NCBI GenBank assembly: GCA_012295275.1
Contig: CM022665.1
Span: forward strand, 35,030,001 to 35,094,000
DNA from: Chrysomallon squamiferum
Taxonomy: Eukaryota; Animalia; Mollusca
Length of the DNA stretch: 64,000 nucleotides
Direction of reading: 5' to 3'
Below, piece after piece: positions 26,506-40,794 of this stretch (its first letter is position 1; each line of letters opens with the position of its first letter). The notes below the pieces were generated by a model, which made no database searches, had not been told where the DNA came from, and saw nothing but the letters and a program-made list of their open reading frames with translations. The position numbers were made by a program, and so were the translations under genes.

Positions 26506-27565
26506 TATCCACATGGAATACCGTTATGTAATCAACAATTATTTTCTGTATCATGATAAGCAGCTGATACATTATAAAGTCAAAATTAAATGTTAATGAC
26601 AGCAATCTTAGTATGTTAATTAGAACAACTGGCTACCCCTTCCTTTGAAGTATAAAGTGGTGGTGTTTTTTTTTTAATTTTTTTACAATACATACAAATT
26701 AAAGTGATAGGAATAATTAAACTGTAGTGATACCTTTTTCTTCTCTCCAGATACAAGAATAAACCACATACATAGTATGTATCAACTAATAAATTTGCTA
26801 AAATAAATTATATTAATACTGAAATTAAACAAGGAAATGAATGTGTTATTCTGTTAATTCTTAATATTTAAGTAATATATTTTTAATAAATTATATTATA
26901 TATAATATTAAACTGAAATGTTTTGTTTGCTTTCTATGTTCCCTCTAAGCTGCACAGTTGCTGTATTGGTGTCAAGGACATCAAAATGTAGCCTCTCAAT
27001 TTAATTTACAAAATACGACTGTTTTTGTCATTGTATATTTCTGTGTTTGTTTTCGGAGTGTTTTTTTGCTGTTGTTGTTGTTGTTTCAGATAATAAAAAT
27101 AATGCACTTAAATAAAAAATTATATTTAAAATGAAGTCAGTGTTCTACAGACGTTTTACTGACTGATTAAAAAGGGAAAACTAAATTGACTTATTTTACC
27201 CTATTCCACACCAAAATGAAATAAAAGTAATATATTTAGGGCCGGCCCAGACAATTTTGTGCCCAATTTAGATTTTTAAAAACATCACTAATTACCCCCA
27301 ACAATTTCCCTGATTTAAATAACAAAGAAGAAAGATAAAATAATAATTTTTTTGTTATTTGATTTTTTTAATTGTTTTGGTGAATTTTTTTTGTCTCTGT
27401 TTTTTTTTATAAAAAATTCTAATTACCCCTAATTACCTAATTTTAAATATATTTACACACTGATTACCCCCAGCAAACCCTTGATTTTCCCCTGATTTAA
27501 ATAACATTTAAAAAGTTAACACCTCTGGCCACTATCACATTGATTTCAGCTTATGTTTGTTTTCT

Positions 27566-30500
27566 TCACAAAGATGGTATTCCATAGCAATGATGAATCT
27601 GTATTCCTCTTTCATTGAGAAAAATTAGAATAACCAAGCACACATCAATAATAAAAACAGTGCAAGCTACTATGAAGTACAATGTATACACAGGATGTTC
27701 TGATAATATTGACAATGCAGTTTCTTGGAGATCTTTGAGTTTTTGAAATTCTTTCCCTTCAGATTTCTCAGTTTTTTCAATGATTTCCTGAATATTGTTA
27801 CTAATTTTATTTTGCTGTTCTTTTAGCTCATTTTGTTTTTCCCATAATTTAGATTGTATTGCATCCTCTAAACTAATCAATGACAAAATAATAATAATAA
27901 TAATAAATAAAAAATAAAAAAATAAAAAAGTAAAATAAAAGCTAAATAAAAAAATCATACTAATAAATAAATAAAAGTGTTAAAAATTATTAACATCACT
28001 GATAAATGCACTAAGGTATGTTTTTATATATGAGTAATGAATTAAATACATACAAACTATATTACTACCTCTATTGTCTCATCTAATCAGACAGCAAAAG
28101 AAACTTACCCTTTCTGATATGCTTCCTCTTCCTGAGAGCTTTGCTTGCTTGGGGATGCAGAACTGCCACCCTGTTCTTTAGCTCTGCAGTAACAATATGA
28201 AAAAATGTCACCAAGATCTAACAACACTTTCATAAGAGTTCAGAAGTGGGAAGACAAAATATGTGTTTTAATACATGTAAGAACAGAATTTAGAAAAAAG
28301 CATTTATAAATTCAATTTAGACTGATTTTATGGTTTTACATTTCAGACGAATTTTCTCTTGAAAGCGTTGAGCTTTCTCTGGACAGGGAAGAGAGTGATG
28401 TAATAACATTCTGGTGCTCTTGTGAATTTTTTCTGAAAATGGGTGTTATAGCATTTTCAATGGAAGTGCCAGCTAAGGCAGCCTGAAACCATTGTCTAGG
28501 ATCCTACAACAAAATTAATATTCATTAATAAACTAAACATAAAATAAAGTGCAAGCAGTATTTGTTGTCAGCTGTAACAGCATTTCACTGATTACCAAGA
28601 AGAATTGTAGTCCAAATTTTAATTTTTTCCATACAATTTTAATAATAAAAATAATTTATAAAATGTTTTTATATTCTTAATTTCAATCAGCTGAATATTA
28701 TTTTTTAACTGATATAAAAGGATTAAAATAGCAATACATCAGAAAAAGAGATTATAAAAAATATGTTTTATTATATTTGAATAATTTTATAACTTGGTAA
28801 GATTTTATAATTACACTGTGTTTTAGTCCAGTTTAAGATGACTGCCAGGAATATTAAGTAAATAAATATTTCAAAATATTGTAAATATCTTTAGCCCTAA
28901 CACATAAAGTATTAAATATATGTATTTCAGATTAGAGTGAGATATTAATAACAGCAAATTACAAATGTTCTGTTCACTACTGTATTAGGCTGTCATACAA
29001 ATTATTACAAGGTCTGCTGCTGCATAAAACCATTATTACATTGATTCTGTACTATCTAAACTAAACATCATTTAAAATATCAAGCAAATAGGTTTTATGA
29101 AACATTTAAATAAAATTATCAATACTATTCTGTACATAAAAATAAAATCATCAAAGAAGACAAACACAGAATAAATATTTTTATATTCATTTAATGTTGT
29201 TAATTTAATCTGAAAAAATCCCAACAATCTTCTTATAATTTATTAAAGAAAAAAGATAAATGCAGTTGAACACATTTGACTTAAACACGAATACAAAATG
29301 AATTACTACATTTCAGATGAAATACAATAAAATAGCTGTATTGTTATTCCTAAAACTGATTAATAAACCCTGATATAAAATATAAGAAAAACCATTTTGA
29401 GAACAATGTAAAATTATTGAAGAAATAAAATGTACTAACTACACTGCCAACTTTAAATAATTTTAAAAGTATAGAACAACTATCAACCTGTAAATGCCAT
29501 TTTCTAATAAAATTATGAATTTATTTTTAAAGTTTCTAAGAAAAATCAAGAACAAATGATTTTCTACTACTTCTTCCATCCACAAATGTTATTAACATTA
29601 TTATATCGCAAACAAAATCTTTAATGTGTATACTCTTATTTTGATCAACAGTCTGCCCCTAATTGACCTGAACATGTAATCATTCACTTTCTCCAGATTA
29701 TTATTATTTTTATTATTTTTGTTTTGTTATATATTATGAAGACAAAATGAATGGTAATTTGTATTCTTCACTTTAAGATGAAAATTACGGACTTTAAGAA
29801 GAAAATAAATCATTAATTTAGCAACCTTACCAGAGAAGCAGAATGTTGGAGGGTGGCACATCCTGATCCACCCAACATGCGTGGCAGGACTATTTCACTT
29901 CTGCATCTTGTCTAGAAAGAGCAAGTTTAATGAAAGGATAGTAATACAACTAATTATTCTATACACTGGATAGGCACACCTAAAACTAATACTATAATTG
30001 TCAATTATTTTATGCCAGTTAAAAACAAATAAAATTAAATTAAATACAGTTTAAAAAAATGGAATAAAAATGAAAAAGGTGGTAAGACAAAACAAAACAT
30101 GTTACTGATCAATGAAGACATTATAGTATGTATACTATATCACTTTATCAGCCTGCTATTGTTTAAAAAAATAATAAAAATTTGAAAACATTGATATCTT
30201 CTAGCTATCCATTATTATTTCATTTATAATAATAAATGCAGAGATACAGCTAGTCCAGTTAAGATGGAAACACATGAGTGAAAGTTCTAAAAATAAAAAT
30301 GTAAAGAGCTGCAATCCACACAATAAGAAAAACTGCAGACAGAAGCTTGGAATTCCCTAAAATCACTCATTAGTAAAATACACCATGCCATTAATGGAAA
30401 TGAAATGAAAATAAATCATTTCTTTATCATATTTCAGGCTCCGAATAAAACAAACTTAAAAACACTGAAACATAAATAAATCCTAGTGAAAACATTAAAT

Positions 30501-31757
30501 TATCTCTGAAAATACTTTTATATAATAAATACAAAAGCCACACAATAAGTAAATAAAATACAAACTATTATACTTTAGCTATAAATATTAAAATATATTG
30601 TTTAAATTATATTATCATTATGTTTTAGCTAAATACAACATTAGTAAGGAGTTATTATGTATGTTTAACTTTTATGATTACATAAGTGGTCAAATTAGAT
30701 ATATTTTAAATGAATGCAGGAAAAGGTAAAAACAGTGCCACACAGTTTCCAAAAAACAAATTATCAGACATTTATCATGTATTTCTGCAAATATATACAA
30801 ATGAATATTCAATGATGTACTTTTTATTAAAGCCTTTGTCAAAACAATTTAGTTTAACCATTTCTCAATATGTTCTGTGAACAGAACTGTTTCCTATTGT
30901 TAAAACAATCAAACATCTTCCCCCAATCAATCAACTGCAAAAGATGTGTCAGATATAAAAAAAATGCATAAATGAATAAAACTGAAACTATATACATGCA
31001 TAAAACATCACAAATGCATCGCATGAAACTACTTAGAAATACTTTTGATAAAGAAAAAAGGACAAGATTAACGTACAAACAGCAAATAATAATAAAAATC
31101 ACAAAAAAGGAGTTTACCACATTAAATATACTTACACGTGCAATTTTTCATTAGCCTAGGGCGAAATCTATATGATAATTCATGATTCTTCTTTCTAATT
31201 ATAGTACGTTTACTATTAATTTGTGTATTAACAACTGTAATAGTGAATTGGATTATGTAAGAAAACAAAAAAAAATAATTCATTTGCTTACAGGTTAGTT
31301 TACATTAAAACGTTTTTTTTTGTTTGTTTTTTTCTTGGTTTTTTTTTAAATTTAAAAATAACAAAAAAACCTAAATAAAAAATGAAAAACAATTTATAAC
31401 CTACTACTGACATCATCTGCCTTAGATTCAAGATTAAAAAAAAAAAAAAAAACATTCAGCAAATATTTCTTAATGTGCTGTATTAAATGTACAACCAAAG
31501 TTATTACATCTGATTTCAGAAAAGGTTTAAAATATTGACCAGTGATTAAAAAATGCCAATTCTGAGCAATAATTGCAAACTATTTTAACATCTTTAAGGA
31601 AAGACTAATATATAACTACTGTGAAATTTTATATATGTCAGCTACTTTTGATTAAATTCATTCTTAATCAAATGAGCTATAAAACACAAAAGTGAATGAA
31701 TAAAACTTACCTTTATAGGAGCTTTCAATCCACACATAGACACGGATCTTTTAGATC
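27566..31757 (-). CDS. Intact 3' portion of an IRAG/LRMP (MRVI1/Jaw1) family gene: coiled coil, TM helix and KASH-like tail
   Basis: - strand exons 31757-31711, 29911-29831, 28503-28340, 28183-28109 and 27872-27566, all GT-AG, phase-consistent and without stops. Motifs RSVSM, RCRSEIVLPR and EEEAYQKGLED resemble IRAG1 RSMSL, RRRVSVAVVPK and EEAY.KG. C-terminal hydrophobic helix YTLYFIVACTVFIIDVCLVILIFL is followed by NERGIQIHHCYGIPSL*. Confidence 0.65.
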
Positions 31758-32021
31758 CTGGAAAAAAAAATTTAAACTCTCGTTCTTAATTAATAAAAAT
31801 AAATAAAACAAAACAGTAGTTATATAGATTATATTTTTAATTAAAAAAACAACAACAACCCAAAACCCACAAACTACTACAACAAAAAAACCAATAACAG
31901 AACTTTCACCTAATAAATTGTCTTCTTTAGTGTTGAAATACTATTGTTTACTAATACAAAAAGGCATTTTATTTCCCAATCATATTTAATCATTAATTTT
32001 CTGATATTAAATTTGTAAAAT

Positions 32022-32134
32022 TCATAGATTGGCTATTTCTGTAAAATTGCTGCCAAAAGGCTTTTCCATTGCCATTAACTGTTTCCTGAAATTAAATATG
32101 TATTTTGTAAATAATAATAATAATAACAGTAGTA

Positions 32135-32222
<88 letters not shown>

Positions 32223-35200
32223 CAACAATTAAAAAACCCAACTCAATGCCAACCTTAATTAAGTACATCAGTGACAATAAAGATATGAATACTTTCTTAA
32301 GAGCTTTCAACTGAGCACAAATAATTTACATTATGTTTTCTTACAAAATATCTGAATTAACAGTTTTTTTCGTCAATGTATATCTGATTAGGGCTAACAA
32401 AATAAAATTTAAAAAAATGCAAGTAATGAGATAGCAGTTAACATTAGTTTCTGACAAAAATATTACATTCTGATTATTTTTCACCTTAATTTTTATACAA
32501 GTCTCATTATCATCTTTGTCAGTTAAAGAGGTGACACATGTGAATGGAAAAGGAAAAGACAGTGTTAATTTATCAACTCACTTGGCCTCTTCAAGTTCTG
32601 TTCGATCTTTTTCGTGTGATCGTTTAACGTTCTCAACATGAGCAATCATTACTTCCATTGCACGACTGAGTCATCTCCTACTGACTTTTACTTGTAGAAT
32701 TCTCTGGTTATTAATTATTACTCCATTTTATGTTTTTATAAATAAATAAATAAATAAATAAAATAAAGTAAAAAGATACAGAAAAGAAAAAAGAATCTTA
32801 AAATCAGGCTGTGATCTGGATATTATTTTTGTAATGTCTGTCATGTCATGTCTTAATAACTGAACAAATAATTATTCCTTAGTGAGCACTATTCTATTCA
32901 TTCTTTCAATAAATGAGTTTTGACATGCAGACAAAGCATCATTGTACAGTAATTACTATTAATTTTCAGTGAATCATTTTACAAAAACACAAATATAATT
33001 TCATGAATGTTGTTTAATCTTGCATAGAATTTTATGAAAGACTGAAGAGATATTAAAAACTGAAATAAAATGGAAAGGTTTACAATGAATAACATATCTG
33101 CTGGACAGCACCAAATACTTCAACTCTACTGGAGACTCGAGCTGCTCTTTGTTCCACAATGTCAATCTGAGTTTGTATTTATCAACAATTTCTTGAAATA
33201 TAACCTTTTTTAAATCTTTTGTTTTATATATATATTTTTTTATTATTTTTTACTGAGATCTAATGATGTTATCAAACTCAAATTATTCACTGAAAGATAA
33301 TCTAAAGCTAGAGAGATAACAAATATGTCTAAAATACAGATGAATTTGAATTACATAATTCAGAAACACCTTCAACAAAATCAACATAGATCTGTTTTTC
33401 TTTATGAACTGATTTCACACATACCTCAAAATCATTCCTTAAGCCATGTAGTTCTTGGTCCACATTCTTTTCAGCAATGTCCCTTGACCTTTCTTGAATC
33501 TCTTTTCTCTGCTCTAGAGTTAATTTGTCTGTTTTGAAGGCCAGAGATAGACTCAGGAACTTAGTCTATTTAAAATACCAAAAATAAATACAATCAGATC
33601 AAAATCTAATGTAAAATCATTCAAGTGACCTTACGCTGAAAATAATAAAGTATTTTAATAAAATAATAAGCAGACATTTTATTAGTTTTGACATCATTTT
33701 TTAAACAGGAAATAGAAAATCCCTGATAGACTGAGGATATCGCATGAGATACATATTTTGTGTTCATGTGTATGTGTGTGTGAATATGTGTGTGTGTTTC
33801 ATTTTAACATTTCTATCTATAAAATGGCTTTTAAGTAGGAAAATATCAGGCCTCTATCTCTTTTCATAAGCTTGTTATTTTATTTTTAGACTAAACTGAA
33901 TGAAGATTGTCTACTATAATAAATCATAGATAAATCTGGAAGAAGAAGAATTACTGTATTTGTTAAAAACTGAAAGCATACACCCTCTCCAAAACAAAGA
34001 AACAATGCTAAATGAATAAATAATCTTTTTTCACATTGAAAGATCTCAGTGACTTATAAATTGTGACATCATTAATCTAAAATACAAATAAACTACATCT
34101 TTAACTAAAATTCTAAATAAATGCATAATAAAAATGTACTTACTTCAATTTCTTCATCTGATAAGTTGGTGCAACTGAAATACAAATACATATTTGAGAC
34201 AGCTGTCATAATGGGGAGAACAATCTGGATATTGTTGATATTTTGCTAGTTAAGGAAAATGATGGATGCAACATGAGCTGCTGAACTCGAAAGGTGTTTC
34301 CTTAACTAATTTAACTAATGTCTGAAATAAGGAATCCCCACCATAATATAAAAAGTGAGTATAAAAAATGCACATACCTGCACCAAAAACATTCCATGAT
34401 TTCAATAAACATAACTGAAAAATATGACTGAAGATATCATGTCATATTACATATAATTATACATATTTTAATCAATTGTTTGCTCCAACACTATGGCAGA
34501 AATGCATTTAATACCACCTTGAAAAATAAAGTTAGATAGAATGAGATAGTGACCAATAAGCCATTTCAGCTAAAGACATAACCAGTCTTGCTAATCACAG
34601 TTCATTGTCCAAAATCCCACAATAAAGGACAACTTATTATTTATGAGAATTGTTACTGAATCACACAAATTTATACAAATGGCAAGAATGTGGCAGAAAG
34701 AACTAAACAATAATTTACTGTGACACATGATAACTATATCATAATAGACACCAATGTTTTTCAGTTCTAATAACAAAATGTTAATGTCATTCTGATTACA
34801 CATTGCATTACATTTTTGGGAGAGCACAGAATTGATTCTATACATCTAATTTTCGATTTGATTAAAATTACTAGTTTATAATTTGGCTACAACAATAAAT
34901 TTATCCAGAATAATAATCTTTTAATCCCAAAAGATCAAGAGAATTCCAATTAATTACTAATATTTAATTGCTAATATTTTAAAATGAGATGAATATAATT
35001 AATTCAAACCACAAAAGTCTTTACACCTACAGACCTTTTTGTTATATTTAAAAATATATATATATATATTTTTACAACATTAAATGACAGCTGAATAAAT
35101 TCATAAAAAATAAACATTATCTGTGATTGAGTTCGTCAGCTAGTTTATGTATATTATTCTAACACAAAACAGTGATTAAAATGCTAAGTGTTATCTTGAA

Positions 35201-38200
35201 CTGAACTGAACTTTTATCCACCTACAAATCTATAAGTATGTTCTACTAAAGTTATCAGACTTGAATCCTGAACAAGGAAGTGATACAGCTGATAAAAAAA
35301 TAATAATTGAAGAAAATAATGCAGATACTGCTATAGTAACATGGAAATTAATCGATTCTGTGTTATCTCATATATAAAGTTTTGACTGGTAGGAACCAGA
35401 GTTGTAAGGATTTCAAGCTGCTTTTTCTTCTTCAATGGTAATTTATAACAACTTGATGCATTTGGAAGGTACACTTTTCAGGAATTTTTATAAAAAAGAA
35501 TCAAGAAATGAAGTATTGGTTTTGACAGGTTTTTGTTTTATTTTAATTATTATTGTTGTTGTTGTGGTGGTGGTGGTGGTTGTTGTTATTGCTGTTATTA
35601 CTATTCATGTTGCTATTATATATTTTTAAATAATTTATTTAAAATACTATTTTAATTGAAAAAAATATATATATATATCCCTTCCTATCTCCCTGCAAAA
35701 ATAAAAACTAAGAACATTAAAAAATATCAAACAAATCTTCCTCTGTCTTTTAACCCAACCTGGTTAAGAAAATCTTCTTAAATGCTGGACATTACAGGAT
35801 CCAAAGTTTGTGCTGGTGGTCTGATAGCTGTATTTAAACAACTATCTGGTTTGATGTATGAATCACTGTTTCCTACTATTTATTCAAGATCGGGCAATTT
35901 TTTGGACTTTATATGTTCCCTTTAATTAGCCAAATTTGTCTAAATAAACAGATATAGAAAGAAAAATTAATAAAATATAAAAAAATAAATTAAAAAAAAT
36001 TAAAAAAGAAATAAATAAAAAATAAGCATCAAGTTTATTATTCTTATTCTTAACATACATTATTAAAAAGACTATTTTTTACCTATTCCATGCTAGGAGC
36101 ATATGATTAATTTGCACAATAAAATCTTTGGGAATAAAAATTTCAGTTGTGGAAAATTATTAAAAATTATCAATGAATTATATTTTAACAATGTTTTATA
36201 ACTAATACTGACTTTATTTATCTGCATATGATCGTGACATTACAAAAATAACTTTTAAAAAGCTAAATCCTTTGCCTGCAGCAAACCTTACAATTAATGT
36301 GTTAAAACCTTGATTAAAAATATAATTTTTATAATCATGCATTACAGAGAACAAAATAAAGAGAATTCTACCATTTCAACTAAGTCTATATGAAATAAAT
36401 ATTTGCCATAAAATTATTATTAGTGGCTCTTGTGTTAAAACATACTGAAGAAAAAAAAAGGTTGCCCAAATAATATTTTTGGGGCAATTAACCCACTGTT
36501 CTTTTTAACATCCCAGTCACCCAAACAGAACATTATGTACTTAAACACATTACTATTATTTAATATTATAAAACATATCCAGACCACTTACTTCTGAACA
36601 GTTCTCTGTTTTATTGACTTCCTCTGTCTGGCTAGTAACTCTACCAGATGAATTTGCCATCTTTAACTTTTTGTTCTCATAATCACCTGCAAAACCAGAA
36701 AGAGGTTTATTTTCAGCTTGCACATTTGAGTTTGCAAAACAAGATTATATTTTAGCAATTGTGGAATTAAAGCTGGATTGGCAACAATTACAAAACTCAA
36801 AACTGTTTCCAGCTTAGAGTTTGTTTTATCAGTATTCACTGAGTATATTTCTCTTTTATTTCCTCTTTCTTCTTGAACTTCTATAATGATCTAGCAGACT
36901 ATTTTGGCAGCCATGCCAGCTGTTAATATAATTTATTATGAGCCTAAAATTGTGATAGGATTATATCTCATAGGGAAAGAACAAAAACAAATTCATAAAT
37001 AAAAATTAAAGAAAGGTGTTTAATCCTTTATTAAATTTCTGCTAGTTAGATTCTTCAACAGAATGAAAGTCACATCTATAGCTGATGGATGCTATTAATT
37101 TAAATGTTATGATAAACATGCAGAAAAGTTTTGAATGCCAGTATTTTAAAAAATAAATATATAAATAAATAAATTTTAAAAATTAAATTTGAAATTAAAT
37201 ATAAATTAAAAAATTCAAAGATAAAAGAGATAATAGTAAAAGAAAGTGAAGATAAATTAATTTTCATATTTTGCAGAACAGAATTGTTGAAAGTATTAAA
37301 CTAGTTAAAAAAAAACACATGAAAGATTAACATTAAAAAATGGGTAAGAAAAAAAAAGGAAATTTAAAGTAATAGAAAATCAAAACATCTACCTAAAAAC
37401 TTGTAATTATAAACTTTTATTCAGTTGTAAAATTAACTCAAAGTAAAAAATAAAAAATAATGCATTTTCTAATATCCTAACAAAATGAAGAGGCAACAGT
37501 TAACTATCAGTATTATAACCAAACTAAAATATGAGTATGAAAAGGTAATATTTATCTTATAAAATTTAATTATTACTGTCTTAATAATAAGATTTATCCT
37601 AATTAAGGCAAACAACTGTACTTGAGCAAATATTTGAAGAGTTATATCCCTTGGAATTTATCAAAATTCTATATTCATGCTGGAATTTTGAAAATATTTC
37701 ATCATATTTCATCAGATTATACTGTAATCTGCATTTGTTTTAAAAACAATTTTGAACTATTAAGTTTTCTATTGTTGTGCAAGTCATAACTTTAGTTAAA
37801 AGCTGTTAAGGTTTATTATGATAAAACTGCAACACTTGGTAAAATTTTAAAATTATTTATAAAAAAATATATATTTCCTTAATTATTAGAATCAATATAT
37901 TATTATTAATATTATTAACATTAGCATAATCACCACAATTATCATAATAATTTCTGCTTAATGTGTTCTTAGATGCTCATTACTACGAACTGACAGGTAA
38001 TAATATGTAAAGATAGTTCACCTTCTGTGTATCTCCTTGACATCTCCAGAGCTTTTCCAAATGGTGCAATTGTTGCATAAGCCCGTGGGAAAGAAAGAAA
38101 ATAAAACAAAATATAAAATCACATTCCTGTATAAAATTATGTGATCAACCAAGATTTTAAAATATAATTTTAATTTAGTTACTGATGTTGATTTATATAG

Positions 38201-39606
38201 ATATATATATTTAAAATGATTAAACACAGATAAAAGCTGAAGATAACCTTCATATTAGAAAAGATATTTAAACATTTTCTCTATTAATCATTAAATTCAT
38301 TGAAGCCTATTGATAGCCAAATTTACAAAAACATACTTCTGAACTATTATGGGCTAATGACATTCCATAAAAATGTATTTAAAATAAATATATATAAAAA
38401 TAACTATTAAAAAAAAAAAAGAATGTTTTATTCATCATCATTCTTATCTATAAATTTTATTTTACTGGTATGCAAACATGATAGCAAAACATAATTAAAA
38501 CTTTACTTACCTTTTCACCAGTATCATTTTCTGCATATTCAGCAGGATTATTGTAGTTCATTCTGAAAGACAAATAACAGGGTAATAAATCCAATAAGTC
38601 AGCAGGTAATTTAAATATTTTGGAAAAACTCAAAGAATCACTAAGACATTTTTTTAAATAATTTTAAAAATAATCATTCATCATAAATGCAGCTTGATGA
38701 TTTATGGAGTTCACTGACAGGTTTCATACAGCAATGTGGTCACAAGAAGGGAAGGACCTCTGCCTGTTACACGTACTGGGGTACAGTGAAATACAAATTC
38801 ACTACCTAAACCTTACTGCTTTAGTTCAAGCAGCTGCACAAGTGAGTTGTGACAAAATGTTCCAGCTAAAAATGTCAAGTCTGTTGCCTTCAAGCTGTTA
38901 TCTAACACATCATCACTTTGTTCATCTGTCATTGTCTTTAGTTTGTTCGGCTCTTCAATTTTCACCTGAGATCTAGAGGGTGTGGTTTTTCTTTTCCAGG
39001 AATGTCACTTTCAATTCCACTGACACTTGGCACTGTTAGTTTCCTCTACACTTTCAGTAGTTTCATTGTTTCTTGGTTATAACAATTGTAACAACTTTCA
39101 AGTGCTTATTTCCTTCTTTTTTTCTTTCTCTTTTGTGCCAGATGGGTTGCCATTTTGGATTTTGGGGCAGTATTTTTTTAATTTGTTTGAAGTCATGTTG
39201 AAAAAAAGCTTCTTAACTTTATTTTTTAATTTTTATTTTGCATTATAAACTTTTCAGACAACATACACTTTCACAACTGACTTGGAACAATTTAACATAA
39301 GAAAATCTTAATCACAAAGACTAAAATAAAAGATAGAAGGATTTATTGATCATTTTAACAGCAACAAAGAAGAAAGGAAAGCAAAATATGGAAAGAAATG
39401 GAAAAAAGTTTAAGTATAATGGTACAGGTGGCAACTAGCAATGATAATACATAATGATTTTCAGAATAATGTTAAGATATCTGTTGAACAAAATGGCGTA
39501 AAATCTTTATTATCTGGAAATTTATCTTATTCCAAAAATGGCATTATATAGTGGTAAATAAATCAAGAAATTAAAATCAAAATTAGCAAAACAATAACAG
39601 AGACAA

Positions 39607-39650
<44 letters not shown>

Positions 39651-40794
39651 AGAAGAAAGAAAAGAAAAAAAGAAAAAAGAAATAAAAGAAAAAAGATTAA
39701 AAATTAAAAGACGTCAGAAAAAAAGAAGTATTTGGCATTGTGATGTTTATTATGTGTGAAACAAAAAATGGAGAGAGAAAGAAAAAGAATATCAATTTTA
39801 AGGATTACATTCTGTTAGAACTGTGAAATAAAAAACAGACCAAAACATTTAGTGCAAAACTACTTAAAATTCTATAAATAAATATAATAAATAATAAAAT
39901 GTTAATAACTACTTCTGTGTAAACTTTTTAGTCAACATAGAAAACATATTACTATTTTTGTTTTCTCTGTTTCATTAATCAGTTTATGTGTTGTTACTGC
40001 AACAATATTTTTAAATACAGACCTTTCAAACGAAAATGAAATTTTCTTCTTCTTGTTCAAATATTTTCACTAATAATTTCTGATAAATGATTTAATTGGA
40101 CTTTCTAATAATTAGTGACACATATACAAGTATTGAACCTAAGCAGGTTTTTCATTCTTAAATAACATTCATAAAAGTATTATTATCAGATATTAACAGC
40201 TCTACAGCAACTAGCTAATTTTTGAAATATACTTTTTTCAATTAATTAAAATAAGAAAAAATTAATTTATCTACCAAAACAATAAGAAGAATTTTAAAGA
40301 CCAGATTATACCTAGGAAAAGCATACTTAATGATTAAAAAAATCAATAAAATTCCATTTTAATTAACAGACTGTAAATGCACATGTCTACTTTGCATCTG
40401 AAACTAAATTATACCTTAAAATTTACATATCTAAATTGAAAGGCTGAAAGTCTTACCTGCTGTTTTGTTAAATATCAAAACTCTGGTAGGCATCATTTGC
40501 TATCACTGCTTTAAAACTGTAGCATCTTATGCCAGCAGATGAATCTGTTTCTTCTTCATTTTCATTGCTGTCACCACTGTTTGAGGTTGTAGTGCTGCTT
40601 CTCTGTCTCCTATCCTGAGCATCAGTGCTTCTATTCCACTTGTGTTGGAACTGCTGCAGGTAGTAATGTTTGCATTAAGATCCAGTCCAGACTGACACCT
40701 CAAGTGACTGATTCAAGTCAAATGAATGGGTGGTTTAAGTCAGTGGAATTAGAAGCTTTTTTGCTTTTTCTTGACCTTGGATAATTTCTATCAC
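32022..40794 (-). pseudogene. Disabled 5' and central exons of the same IRAG/LRMP-family gene
   Basis: MRVI1-domain exons: 34174-34144 (LSDEEIE); 33565-33425 (KFLSLSLAFKTDKLTLEQRKEIQERSRDIAEKNVDQEL); ~33200-33098 (AARVSSRVEVFGAVQQ, apparent 1-nt frameshift, donor GT>AT at 33097); ~32677-32582 (R*LSRAMEVMIAHVENVKRSHEKDRTELEEAK, TGA at 32673-32671); 32085-~32022 (no GT donor). Exon 35939-~35745 has three in-frame TAA. Exon 38082-38022 has acceptor CAG>CGG. Further exon-like blocks at 36686-36592, 38562-38511, ~39300-38700 and 40794-40457. Confidence 0.8.
32110..32218. repeat. (AAT)n microsatellite
   Basis: Long AAT run with a short AGT interruption. Confidence 0.95.

Noticed and set aside
27236-27535. 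Possible small MITE (TAGGGCCGG...CTGGCCACTA with ATTACCCC repeats)
   Set aside because: TIRs are too degenerate and there is no convincing TSD.
32022-32310. Poly-Leu, poly-Asn and poly-Ile ORFs
   Set aside because: Translations of an (AAT)n microsatellite; only the last ~20 codons of the - ORF belong to an IRAG exon remnant.
32671-35925. In-frame TGA/TAA in IRAG exons as selenocysteine, readthrough or an alternative genetic code
   Set aside because: They co-occur with a frameshift and broken splice sites, neighbouring genes use TGA and TAA as stops, and the TGA is most simply a CGA>TGA mutation.
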